Source: Bacteroidales bacterium UBA2939
Lineage (GTDB): Bacteria > Bacteroidota > Bacteroidia > Bacteroidales > P3
Reading direction: 5' to 3'
Assembly: GCA_002349055.1 (NCBI GenBank)
Contig: DECD01000024.1
Location: 10,503-74,502, forward strand
Length of the DNA stretch: 64,000 nucleotides
How positions within the stretch are numbered: the first letter of the stretch is position 1; each line of letters opens with the position of its first letter. Shown here piece by piece: positions 54,801 through 59,304 of this stretch. The notes under the pieces were generated by a model. It saw only the letters and a program-made list of their open reading frames with translations. It was not told the DNA's origin and ran no database searches. Both the position numbers and the translations under genes were made by a program.

Positions 54801-54975
54801 CCGCCGTGGCATGCTGGTGTTCTATTCCACCGACTTCAACCAACCATGGGACGGCCGCAATATCGACGGAACTCCATGCTCTACAGGAAATTATATCTGG
54901 CATCTGCGGTACACCGCCGTCACCCATCCCCACTCCTTCCGCGAGGAGACCGGCTCGGTTCTCCTCATCCGATAA
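45802..54975 (+). CDS. 3057-aa modular cell-surface protein with T9SS type-B (gliding-motility-associated) C-terminal domain
   Basis: The track ORF starts at TTG 45775. ATG 45802 (MRIVRSIIIGLLMGVGLMAEAQ, signal peptide) lies just downstream of a TAAATTTG box, so I prefer it. About nine repeats of a beta-sandwich module begin [PA][YF]C..F....LP.GW (choice-of-anchor-J/MAM-like by motif) and alternate with FN3-like segments. About eight Cys-containing ~65-aa repeats follow (GCDS...L.L.v.P.Y), then a CHU_C-type CTD. Confidence 0.9.
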   Translation: MRIVRSIIIGLLMGVGLMAEAQEGCTPKVLPWSESFDSYGVGAALMPPCWSGSHNYDIGAVPHVDSAVHYDGTASLMLYSGTLTGSHYSMAIGPEIDADLTSGVYARFQFYALSTSVALEVGVCNDTNRYTRNFVPLDTVHVDQGRHWKEVVIDLSRYSGTGRRLAFRLQRTLQADVCNCYVDNLRVEGCGTTVPEVYHITHNSLTVDWERFGIGAILLEYNDMAIDDAVAPLTLTGLTPLTEYTLSTGCADGTRQAVTVSTLAAPSLQPTYYRAQLTLEGDSTPEVLPLPLESIDIGQLTIALRYRGNSSTRLQVGVMEYALEAETFTALDTLTPGSGWQRATVPLAPYTGTGRYLALMATGEHSVEIADLRVARCLIDSVRLYDLTDASVAVAWDTLTVGVGGGVTIEYGVPGFAAGSGTTVTPTTNPFILTGLLPSTEYDLLVMPSCGDEPSAFDRHRITTFSHEVSAPYCMSFEMGGTLPQGWVCGQGSVAIGSNAYEGSHGLHLAAHSLVAMPRIATDTGATVVVECYSYGTGTLELGFMENPFGTFTPFDTLTGGSGWRRQLTTTVVPEGQLLALRSNTAWDIDALAVHGDAVTSLSVDSIGKTSALVSWQTLLGDSVEIEYAAVPSATADFTPGTGIALQGKDSLTLDGLTPGTFYAVHLRPVGDGQGCLYQSCHLQTAAGPTAVPYCENFDNLSALPTGWRRKSDYGEYPIVSTERNHSPSKGLRFSATATAKTVALLPDFVSESEHLTMAFWTNVTLNPQGAMLLVGHLRNITDINSFVPSDTITFSQTERWEHHVVDLGTAHEQTALMLVGGSSGETRVFIDDLCVESCLADEIRVSSVDSSSLSVYWNSRGVAAMDITLSGNGENVRDTFSLSPAILTDIEPNTSYTLVFRALCDCGDNGGAHLVGYGSDGEVAQDQITSITTQTMPAYVNAPFCTSFEQENTGMFPYNWGRSRTSVRVSDRNYHDGSHSLLVEDSCYLMLPPMRNIPTLTASLYAYATSEAGLGEGVIVLGVMRYRDTLASFTAVDTLTLTRPGEWQRLWGDLAGYDGNGRFITLKIKANGSCTFFLDDLSIAASAIGEATVDDTGLVSWEGLHAPTMVAIEYGTQGFPRGNGQQDTVAAQPYPLPNLVAGENYDIYLTPITDTTPSCMATQLTLGALATTPYCEQFESAPLSGMPMGWSMGRTYGGTPAIAAGNNRSLQLRGHAAATNRSIAVLPLLQISDTMQLNISLRASNANARLVVGHIGENADPNTFVATDTLEANTLWRRVAVLVDPPQGRRLAVSCFSINQNDAQVWIDSLAVTRGLSPTLAITSARTLTFSGANGFYEYGPAGFMQGGGTLVHVTTDTLEISGLTPESSYWFYSREDSLTLTCMPPAKIRMPAEAALPYCQGDTTFERLQLPEMAIDSIRHLYLYLTTGEAGRIVVGVMEHDGDWEHLTAVDTLEAEGGIRQLHTILLDTYTGSGRFVGLLSPTGSVAVERLTATGCPWVTFEEGNDNSVIIVGNGQAEYGPEGFAPGSGTAVTVTDSLTLPLADTQRYDFYPLCGSETPCYAPMRWQSTMTVALPYCVAFGDSLPNGWTTRSNALDDNAVSVGDSTLTLHAAPRREVVVRLPVMQEHDVVTEMDVKVSSTDAKLLLGGDTVEAIPGEWRHVRMRTLHEGRPTLRAVGDGTVEIRKLHVERCSLPLSVTVGQPGGRGVEIGWDTTGVSGPFFIEYRLTGSDNGIIMRAEEPPLALQLLPDTSYQLYLRCDSIGSSCREPLTISTLSDPITLPYCTAFNLTDHLHAPEGWYLASDDEHSYFVMPQFDTTLQSLNILILAKMQYGGQTLTLGSMADAGNPETFDSLVTFVADGDGVNRFFHSLSHYYGNGRFLALRPNGEGWVHVEHLSVDTCAAYNIAITENESNHLVIEWEQQGAPTVSVEYGPIGFVPGQGTLLTADTSPLRIDSLVPLTDYAFIVSSLCSETSCRVAVTDTFLTFTPKGGTGCIDYTDLHASYVICNYGSYDNPTAYTGVIDKGFLSAASRHTVHFDTTERDPRTGNLLRTVPPGEQASVRLGNWSTNINPQAESITYALAVDTNDFNLLVLRYAAVLQDPEHSPALQPRFRLQILNQSYDIINECSSADFIANPNLNWNIAANEVLWKDWTTVGVDLSTYAGQTIFIRLITNDCGEGSHFGYAYFTLGCSTKRMRTEGCSEVPNNRFTVPSGFHYRWYTNLDTTTLSDSASIWVPSDNSKIYYCNLSFIDNPACSFTMSAFAGARFPLAIIDTSLSLADCAFDLTLIDHSTISGDGITPIGTGESCETTLWLLPDSTTSDATSLTLHITDTGSYDIGLVAGIADDQCLDTVRQTIHIAYPYPAVTLEGRDERCFDDPAEVLALSHAALSDWEGHLLELTPLADTTVIVSATDSNGCEQTFSHTLVVHPIFFIEDSAAVCSSNLSYTWRDTTLTFTFADTALSATLHRQTAHGCDSTMTLALTLWPSYDIHHTDTLCDNQTLDFFDTVLNTTGDYLHSDTTMLGCDSLVTMHLNVMPTYLVPDSLVACDSLRWQDGTLYTADTTGALHLLSTMHGCDSTMELHLTIHPSYHQHYMDSVCNSMGTYVWLDTLLTLDPSVADLTATLSRQTIHQCDSIHTLGLTLMPTYDIHHHDTLCHDRQLPFFDTLLATTGDYLHTDSTAFGCDSLVTMHLEIIPRFFGNDSLVACDSLTWINHVTYYRDTAEVSDTLLTLRGCDSVRTLYLTVNHSYSDLVIDTFCQGTEYQFREHILSEGGHYADTLQTLKGCDSVLAIDLTRLATPQISITHGYDCDSLYHHLEAHSDVPYILWSSDPYDSLLDGHEGDFFIDAKPKSRTVYTLYADYADVPHCPVTTSVTLAPAVKPLAKMRVSPSALVLPATEFDAYDISAEYQERAWYINDLLQSETSRHLQGNVPTDRDTAKITLIVDDGYCTDTAITLIPLLFDNFVAPNAFTPDREDNNLFFFRGTGILEVEIRIYNRRGMLVFYSTDFNQPWDGRNIDGTPCSTGNYIWHLRYTAVTHPHSFREETGSVLLIR
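54703..54972 (+). other. T9SS type-B C-terminal sorting domain (gliding motility-associated C-terminal domain, CHU_C-like)
   Basis: FVAPNAFTPDREDNNLFFFRGTGILEVEIRIYNRRGMLVFYSTDFNQPWDGRNIDGTPCSTGNYIWHLRY... This matches the PNAFTP...IYNRWG..VF....WDG.....G.Y.Y pattern of TIGR04131 / PF13585. Confidence 0.8.
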
Positions 54976-55003
54976 AAAAAGAGGCCACCATTTCGGTGAC
55001 CTC
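54974..55003 (-). terminator. Intrinsic terminator candidate for hpf; the hairpin is shared with the convergent 3057-aa gene
   Basis: The minus strand reads GAGGTCACC-GAAAT-GGTGGCCTC followed by TTTTTTT. The stem is 9 bp with one mismatch. The T-tract overlaps the TAA stop (54973-54975) of the plus-strand gene. Confidence 0.6.
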
Positions 55004-55027
55004 GTGTGTGGATTACAAAAAGCTTTA

Positions 55028-55315
55028 TTAGGCGTTCTTGTATTTCTCAATCTGCACTTTGAGGGTGTCGACGCCGTCGGCGACAGCCTGCTCGAAAGTG
55101 TCGGCCTGCTTGGTGACAAAGAGGTCTTTGCCAGGCACATAGAGACGAATTTCGGCAATCTTATTATTATCGCTCTCAGGCTTGTCGACCTTGAGGGTCA
55201 CCTCACACTTGACAGCGTTGTCGATCATGCGGTCGAGTTTGTCAACCTTGTCGTTGATGAATTTCTCGAGTTTCTCGTCGGCGCGGAATTTCACCGAATT
55301 GATGATAGTGTTCAT
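55028..55315 (-). CDS. hpf: Ribosome hibernation promoting factor / RaiA family (short form)
   Basis: 95 aa. MNTIINSVKFRADEKLEKFINDKVDKLDR...IAEIRLYVPGKDLFVTKQADTFEQAVADGVDTLKVQIEKYK is typical of the HPF/YfiA fold. GGAGG lies 5 nt upstream of the ATG. Confidence 0.9.
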   Translation of the reverse strand: MNTIINSVKFRADEKLEKFINDKVDKLDRMIDNAVKCEVTLKVDKPESDNNKIAEIRLYVPGKDLFVTKQADTFEQAVADGVDTLKVQIEKYKNA

Positions 55316-55320
55316 AATAT

Positions 55321-55325
55321 CCTCC
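55321..55325 (-). promoter_or_regulatory. Shine-Dalgarno-like GGAGG in front of hpf
   Basis: The minus strand reads AAAAAGGAGGATATTATG, with a 5-nt spacer to the start codon. Confidence 0.5.
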
Positions 55326-55353
55326 TTTTTTATATATTAATAGGTTGTTACTT

Positions 55354-56256
55354 TTAAGTCTTTTTCTGTCCTGCGCGGGGGTGGGCGTGGGAGTAGACCT
55401 CTTTGAGGTGCTGGCGGGTGACGTGGGTGTAGACCTCGGTGGTGGCGAGGTCGGCATGGCCGAGCAACTCTTTGATGGCCTGGATATTGCCTCCTTCGTT
55501 CAGGATATGGGTGGCGAAGCTATGGCGGAACACGTGGGGGCTGATGCGGTCGGCATTGGAGAGTTGCGGCATGTATTTTTTCACCGTCAGGTAGATGTCG
55601 TTGGTGGTAATCTGACCTCCTTTGCGCCCCACAAAGAGCCATTCGCTTGCTCCTTTTTCCTGCTCCTTTAACGCAATATATTCCGAAATATTGTGTGCAA
55701 GTTCGGATTCTATCGGTATAATTCTCTCTTTATTCCTCTTTCCCAGCACTTTGATGGTCAAAGAAGAAAAATCGACCGACTGAATTTTCAGTCCGGCCAG
55801 CTCGGAACGGCGGATGCCGGTCTCATAGAGCATGCGCAGCATAAGCTTGTCGCGCTGGCCGATGAAGTCGTCAGGGAAGAGCCCTTCGTCATAGAGATGT
55901 TCCAGCTCGCCCTCCTTGAAAAACACAGGCAGACGCTTGGGTTGCCGCGGAGCAGACACCTTGGCCATGATGTCGGAGTCGAAGAGGTTGTGGCGACGCA
56001 GGTAGAGGAAGAAGCTGCTCAACGACGAGAGGCGCCGCTTGACGGTGCCTGGGTTCTCGCCGCGGTCCATGTGTTCCATCTGCCAGGCGCGCACCTCGCG
56101 GGCGGAAATCTCGCCGAGGTCTGTTATCTGCTGAAGTTCAAGCCACTGGGAGAAGTCCTGCAAGTCGGCGATGTAATTGCGCACTGTACCCGCCGCCATA
56201 CGGCGCTCATTGGCGATATAGCTATGGAATTGTTCTATGGCCTCGTTTATCTTCAT
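55354..56256 (-). CDS. xerC: XerC/XerD-type tyrosine recombinase
   Basis: Catalytic motifs GIRRSELAGL, HVFRHSFATHIL and LGHADLATTEVYTHV. The track ORF extends to 56289. The internal ATG at 56256 (MKINEAIEQFHSYIANERR...) fits usual Xer N-termini. The 33-nt extension contains a TATTTTTG box (56265-56272). Confidence 0.8.
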   Translation of the reverse strand: MKINEAIEQFHSYIANERRMAAGTVRNYIADLQDFSQWLELQQITDLGEISAREVRAWQMEHMDRGENPGTVKRRLSSLSSFFLYLRRHNLFDSDIMAKVSAPRQPKRLPVFFKEGELEHLYDEGLFPDDFIGQRDKLMLRMLYETGIRRSELAGLKIQSVDFSSLTIKVLGKRNKERIIPIESELAHNISEYIALKEQEKGASEWLFVGRKGGQITTNDIYLTVKKYMPQLSNADRISPHVFRHSFATHILNEGGNIQAIKELLGHADLATTEVYTHVTRQHLKEVYSHAHPRAGQKKT

Positions 56257-56384
56257 TGATTTTGCAAAAATACATAAATATTCAGACATAACATAAAAAA
56301 ACGGCGAATTTCACGAATTACACGAAGCTACGCAGTCATTACCATACAGATTATTAGCAAATTACTCTAAGCTACGCAAGCAAG

Positions 56385-56417
56385 ATGAAAAGAAAGGCTG
56401 CTTTGTCGGCAGCCTTT
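56385..56417 (-). terminator. Intrinsic terminator candidate downstream of the small lipoprotein gene
   Basis: Perfect 9-bp stem AAAGGCTGC / GCAGCCTTT (56393-56401 / 56409-56417) with a 7-nt loop. CTTTTC follows on the minus strand. Confidence 0.5.
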
Positions 56418-56437
56418 TCTCAATTACAACAGGTTGA

Positions 56438-56707
56438 TTATTCGCACTTGTAGGAGTCGCCGCCGGCGAGGAACTCCTTCATCTTGACCTCGTCGTTCTC
56501 GTATTTCTCGTAGGCCACTTCGAGCATTTCACCCCATTCCTCGATGCAAGCTTCGGCCTCGGCGGACTTGGTGTCATCCTTAGCCAGCTGCTGGCATTCG
56601 CAGGCTTTCTTGGCAATCTTCTTCCCTTCGGAAGCAGGCCCGCCGGAGCAACCGGCCATCACTGCGACAAAGGTCATTGCGCTCACAAATAAAAGAATCT
56701 TTTTCAT
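56438..56707 (-). CDS. Small (89 aa) Cys-containing lipoprotein of unknown function
   Basis: MKKILLFVSAMTFVAVMAGC has a lipobox (AGC). The mature part is charged and helical-looking with 4 further Cys. It has its own TAATTTTG box upstream and a hairpin downstream. Confidence 0.65.
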   Translation of the reverse strand: MKKILLFVSAMTFVAVMAGCSGGPASEGKKIAKKACECQQLAKDDTKSAEAEACIEEWGEMLEVAYEKYENDEVKMKEFLAGGDSYKCE

Positions 56708-56730
56708 CTTGTTTGGTTTTTAAATTTTTG

Positions 56731-56738
56731 CAAAATTA
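56731..56738 (-). promoter_or_regulatory. -7 box TAATTTTG upstream of the small lipoprotein gene
   Basis: The minus strand reads TTGTAATTTTGCAAAAA, 24-31 nt upstream of ATG 56707. Confidence 0.45.
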
Positions 56739-56859
56739 CAAAACTTTTTCCGACCTTGCAAATTTTTTTCAAATGGAAAAGATTTCGGAACGGCGACACA
56801 ATAAAAAAGAGATTTTTGAGTTACCACATATAAATATATAAAAATAAACACTATACGAC

Positions 56860-58629
56860 ATGGATATCAATACCCTTAACATCGATGAAAGCGCCAAGCT
56901 GAACGTGAAATCTTGGCTCGAAGGAGAATACGATGAGGCCACCAAGCAGGCCATCCGCGACATGATGAGCAACCCCACCGAACTGAACGAGAGCTTCTAC
57001 CGTCACCTGGAGTTCGGCACCGGCGGTCTGCGCGGCATCATGGGCGTGGGCACCAACCGCATGAACAAATACACGGTGGCTATGGCCACCCAAGGACTGG
57101 CCAACTATGTGAGAAAAGTCGAAGAGTCGAAAGGTCAAAAAGTCGAAGAGTTGCGGGCTGCTGTGAGCCACGACAGCCGCAATCACAGCCGCGAGTTTGC
57201 CGAAATCACGGCCAACGTGCTTGCCGCCAACGGTTTCAAGGTCTACCTCTTCGACGGCATGCGTCCCACGCCGGAGCTGAGTTTCGCCGTGCGCCACTTC
57301 AAATGCCATACCGGCGTGATGGTCACCGCCAGCCACAACCCCAAAGAGTATAACGGCTACAAAGCCTATTGGAGCGACGGCTGCCAGCTGACCGCACCGC
57401 ACGACGAGGCCGTTATCGAGGAAGTACTGAAAATCAAGAGCGTGGGAGACGTAAAGATGACGGGAGGCGAGAAGAACATCACCATCATTGGCGAGGATGT
57501 CGACAAGGTGTACCTCGAGCGCGTGGAGAAGAACGCCCTCAACCCCGAGGTCATCAAGAAACACCACGACGTGAAGATTGTCTATACCCCGCTGCATGGC
57601 ACCGGCATCGTGCTCATACCCCGCATGCTGAAGCAGTTGGGATTCACCAACGTCAACATCGTTGAGGCGCAGGCCGTTCCCGACGGCAATTTCCCCACCA
57701 CCCCGAGCCCCAATCCCGAGGAGAAACCCGCCATGAAGATGGCTGTGGACCTGGCCAAAGAGATTGACGCCGACATCGTCTTCGCCTCCGACCCCGACGC
57801 CGACCGCGTGGGTGTGGCCGTGAAGCGTCCCGACGGCGAGTGGATGCTCCTCAACGGCAACCAGACAATGAGCGTACTCTTCTACTATATCGTCAAGCAG
57901 TGGCAGGAGAAGAAGATGCTCACCGGCAACGAGTTCATGGTGAAGACCATCGTCACCAGCGAGCTGCCCGCCGACATCGCCACTCGTGCCGGCATCAAGA
58001 TTTACGACGTGCTCACCGGCTTCAAGTTCATCGGTGCCAAAATACGTGAACTTGAAGGCATTGAGACCTTCATCGCCGGTGGTGAAGAGAGCTATGGCTA
58101 CATGATTGGCGACTTCGTGCGCGACAAGGATGCCGTGGCTGCCTGCTCGATGATTGCCGAGATTGCCGCCTGGGCGCTGGAGCAAGGCAAGACCTTCTTC
58201 GATGTGCTCGTCGACATCTACAAGGAATACGGTTTCTACAAGGAGGGTCTCGTCAGCGTCGTCCGCAAGGGCAAGAGCGGCGCCGAGGAGATTCAGCAGA
58301 TGATGCGCGACTACCGCAGCAACCCGCCTGCCGAAATCGATGGCGAGAAGGTGGTGTGCATCAAAGACTATCAGACCCACGAGAGCCGCACGGAAGTGGA
58401 AAGTGGAAAGTGGAAAGTGGAAAAGCTAACGCTGCCGACTTCCAACGTGCTGCAATTCTTCACCGACAAGGGCAACAAAATCACCGTCCGTCCCAGCGGC
58501 ACCGAACCCAAGATCAAGTTCTACTTCGGTGTCAAGGGCGAGCTCTGCTGCAAGGACTGCTTCGACAAGACCAACGCCGCCCTCGACGGCAAGATTGAGA
58601 GTATCAAGAAAAGTATGAAGCTGGTGTAA
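56860..58629 (+). CDS. alpha-D-phosphohexomutase (phosphoglucomutase/phosphomannomutase family, about 580-aa PgcA-like type)
   Basis: 589 aa. Active-site serine loop GVMVTASHNPKEYNGYK, metal loop ASDPDADR, sugar loop GGEESYGY, phosphate loop RPSGTEPKIKFY. Confidence 0.9.
   Translation: MDINTLNIDESAKLNVKSWLEGEYDEATKQAIRDMMSNPTELNESFYRHLEFGTGGLRGIMGVGTNRMNKYTVAMATQGLANYVRKVEESKGQKVEELRAAVSHDSRNHSREFAEITANVLAANGFKVYLFDGMRPTPELSFAVRHFKCHTGVMVTASHNPKEYNGYKAYWSDGCQLTAPHDEAVIEEVLKIKSVGDVKMTGGEKNITIIGEDVDKVYLERVEKNALNPEVIKKHHDVKIVYTPLHGTGIVLIPRMLKQLGFTNVNIVEAQAVPDGNFPTTPSPNPEEKPAMKMAVDLAKEIDADIVFASDPDADRVGVAVKRPDGEWMLLNGNQTMSVLFYYIVKQWQEKKMLTGNEFMVKTIVTSELPADIATRAGIKIYDVLTGFKFIGAKIRELEGIETFIAGGEESYGYMIGDFVRDKDAVAACSMIAEIAAWALEQGKTFFDVLVDIYKEYGFYKEGLVSVVRKGKSGAEEIQQMMRDYRSNPPAEIDGEKVVCIKDYQTHESRTEVESGKWKVEKLTLPTSNVLQFFTDKGNKITVRPSGTEPKIKFYFGVKGELCCKDCFDKTNAALDGKIESIKKSMKLV
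58396..58423 (+). repeat. Heptamer tandem array (GTGGAAA) x4, read in frame inside the phosphohexomutase gene
   Basis: GTGGAAAGTGGAAAGTGGAAAGTGGAAA encodes VESGKWKVE. Confidence 0.85.
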
Positions 58630-58653
58630 AGTGACTAAGTAACTGAGTGACTG
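58630..58653 (+). repeat. 8-bp tandem array x3 (AGTGACTA AGTAACTG AGTGACTG), directly after the phosphohexomutase stop codon
   Basis: Read directly. It starts at the first nucleotide after TAA 58627-58629. Confidence 0.85.
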
Positions 58654-58665
58654 GGTATACAGGAT

Positions 58666-59280
58666 ATGAATCTGCCATCGAAGATACTGGAGGAGGCAGT
58701 GGAGCAGCTAGCGAGCCTGCCGGGCGTGGGTAAGCGGTCGGCGCTGCGTTATGCGCTGTTCCTCATGAACGAGGAGGAGGCTAAGGTGCGCGATCTCAGC
58801 GAGGCCCTGCTGCGGCTGAAAACCCACCTGCACCACTGCCGTCACTGCCACAACGTCAGCGACACCGAGATATGCCCCATCTGCTCATCCGAAAAGAGGC
58901 AGAGGGGCATTGTCTGTGTGGTGGAGAACGTGCAGGACGTGATGGCCGTGGAGAACACGCAGCAGTACCGCGGCCTGTACCATGTGCTCGGCGGCGTCAT
59001 CTCGCCCATCGACGGCATCGGCGTTCATGATTTGGAGATTGACTCGCTCATCAAGCGCGTGCAGAGCGGCGACCCCGCACCCGTCGAGGAGGTCATCCTG
59101 GCCTTGCCCACCACCATGGAGGGCGACACCACCAACTACTACATCAACAAGCAGCTGCAGCCCTTGGGGGTGAAGGTCACCACGTTGGCACGCGGCGTCG
59201 CCGTGGGCGACAGCCTGGAGTACGCCGACGAGATTACCCTCGGCCGCAGCATCATGCACAGAATACCGTTTGAAAGTTGA
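58666..59280 (+). CDS. recR: Recombination protein RecR
   Basis: 204 aa. HhH LASLPGVGKRSALRYA, C4 zinc finger CRHCHNVSDTEICPIC, Toprim VVENVQDVMAVE. The stop codon TGA 59278-59280 lies inside a heptamer repeat array. Confidence 0.95.
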   Translation: MNLPSKILEEAVEQLASLPGVGKRSALRYALFLMNEEEAKVRDLSEALLRLKTHLHHCRHCHNVSDTEICPICSSEKRQRGIVCVVENVQDVMAVENTQQYRGLYHVLGGVISPIDGIGVHDLEIDSLIKRVQSGDPAPVEEVILALPTTMEGDTTNYYINKQLQPLGVKVTTLARGVAVGDSLEYADEITLGRSIMHRIPFES

Positions 59281-59304
59281 AAATTGAGAATTGAAAATTG
59301 AAAG
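59270..59304 (+). repeat. Heptamer tandem array x5 spanning the recR stop codon and the TTG start of the GH3 lipoprotein gene
   Basis: TTGAAAG TTGAAAA TTGAGAA TTGAAAA TTGAAAG. The recR TGA is in unit 2 and the GH3 TTG is the start of unit 5. Confidence 0.9.

Noticed and set aside
55354-56289. Tyrosine recombinase, considered as the integrase of an integrated element or as the invertase controlling the repeat-rich promoters.
   Set aside because: It has a full XerC/XerD-type motif set and sits in a housekeeping context next to hpf. It has no flanking att-like repeats, tRNA or cargo genes, and it is more than 11 kb from the giant-gene control regions. It most likely acts as a chromosome dimer-resolution type enzyme.
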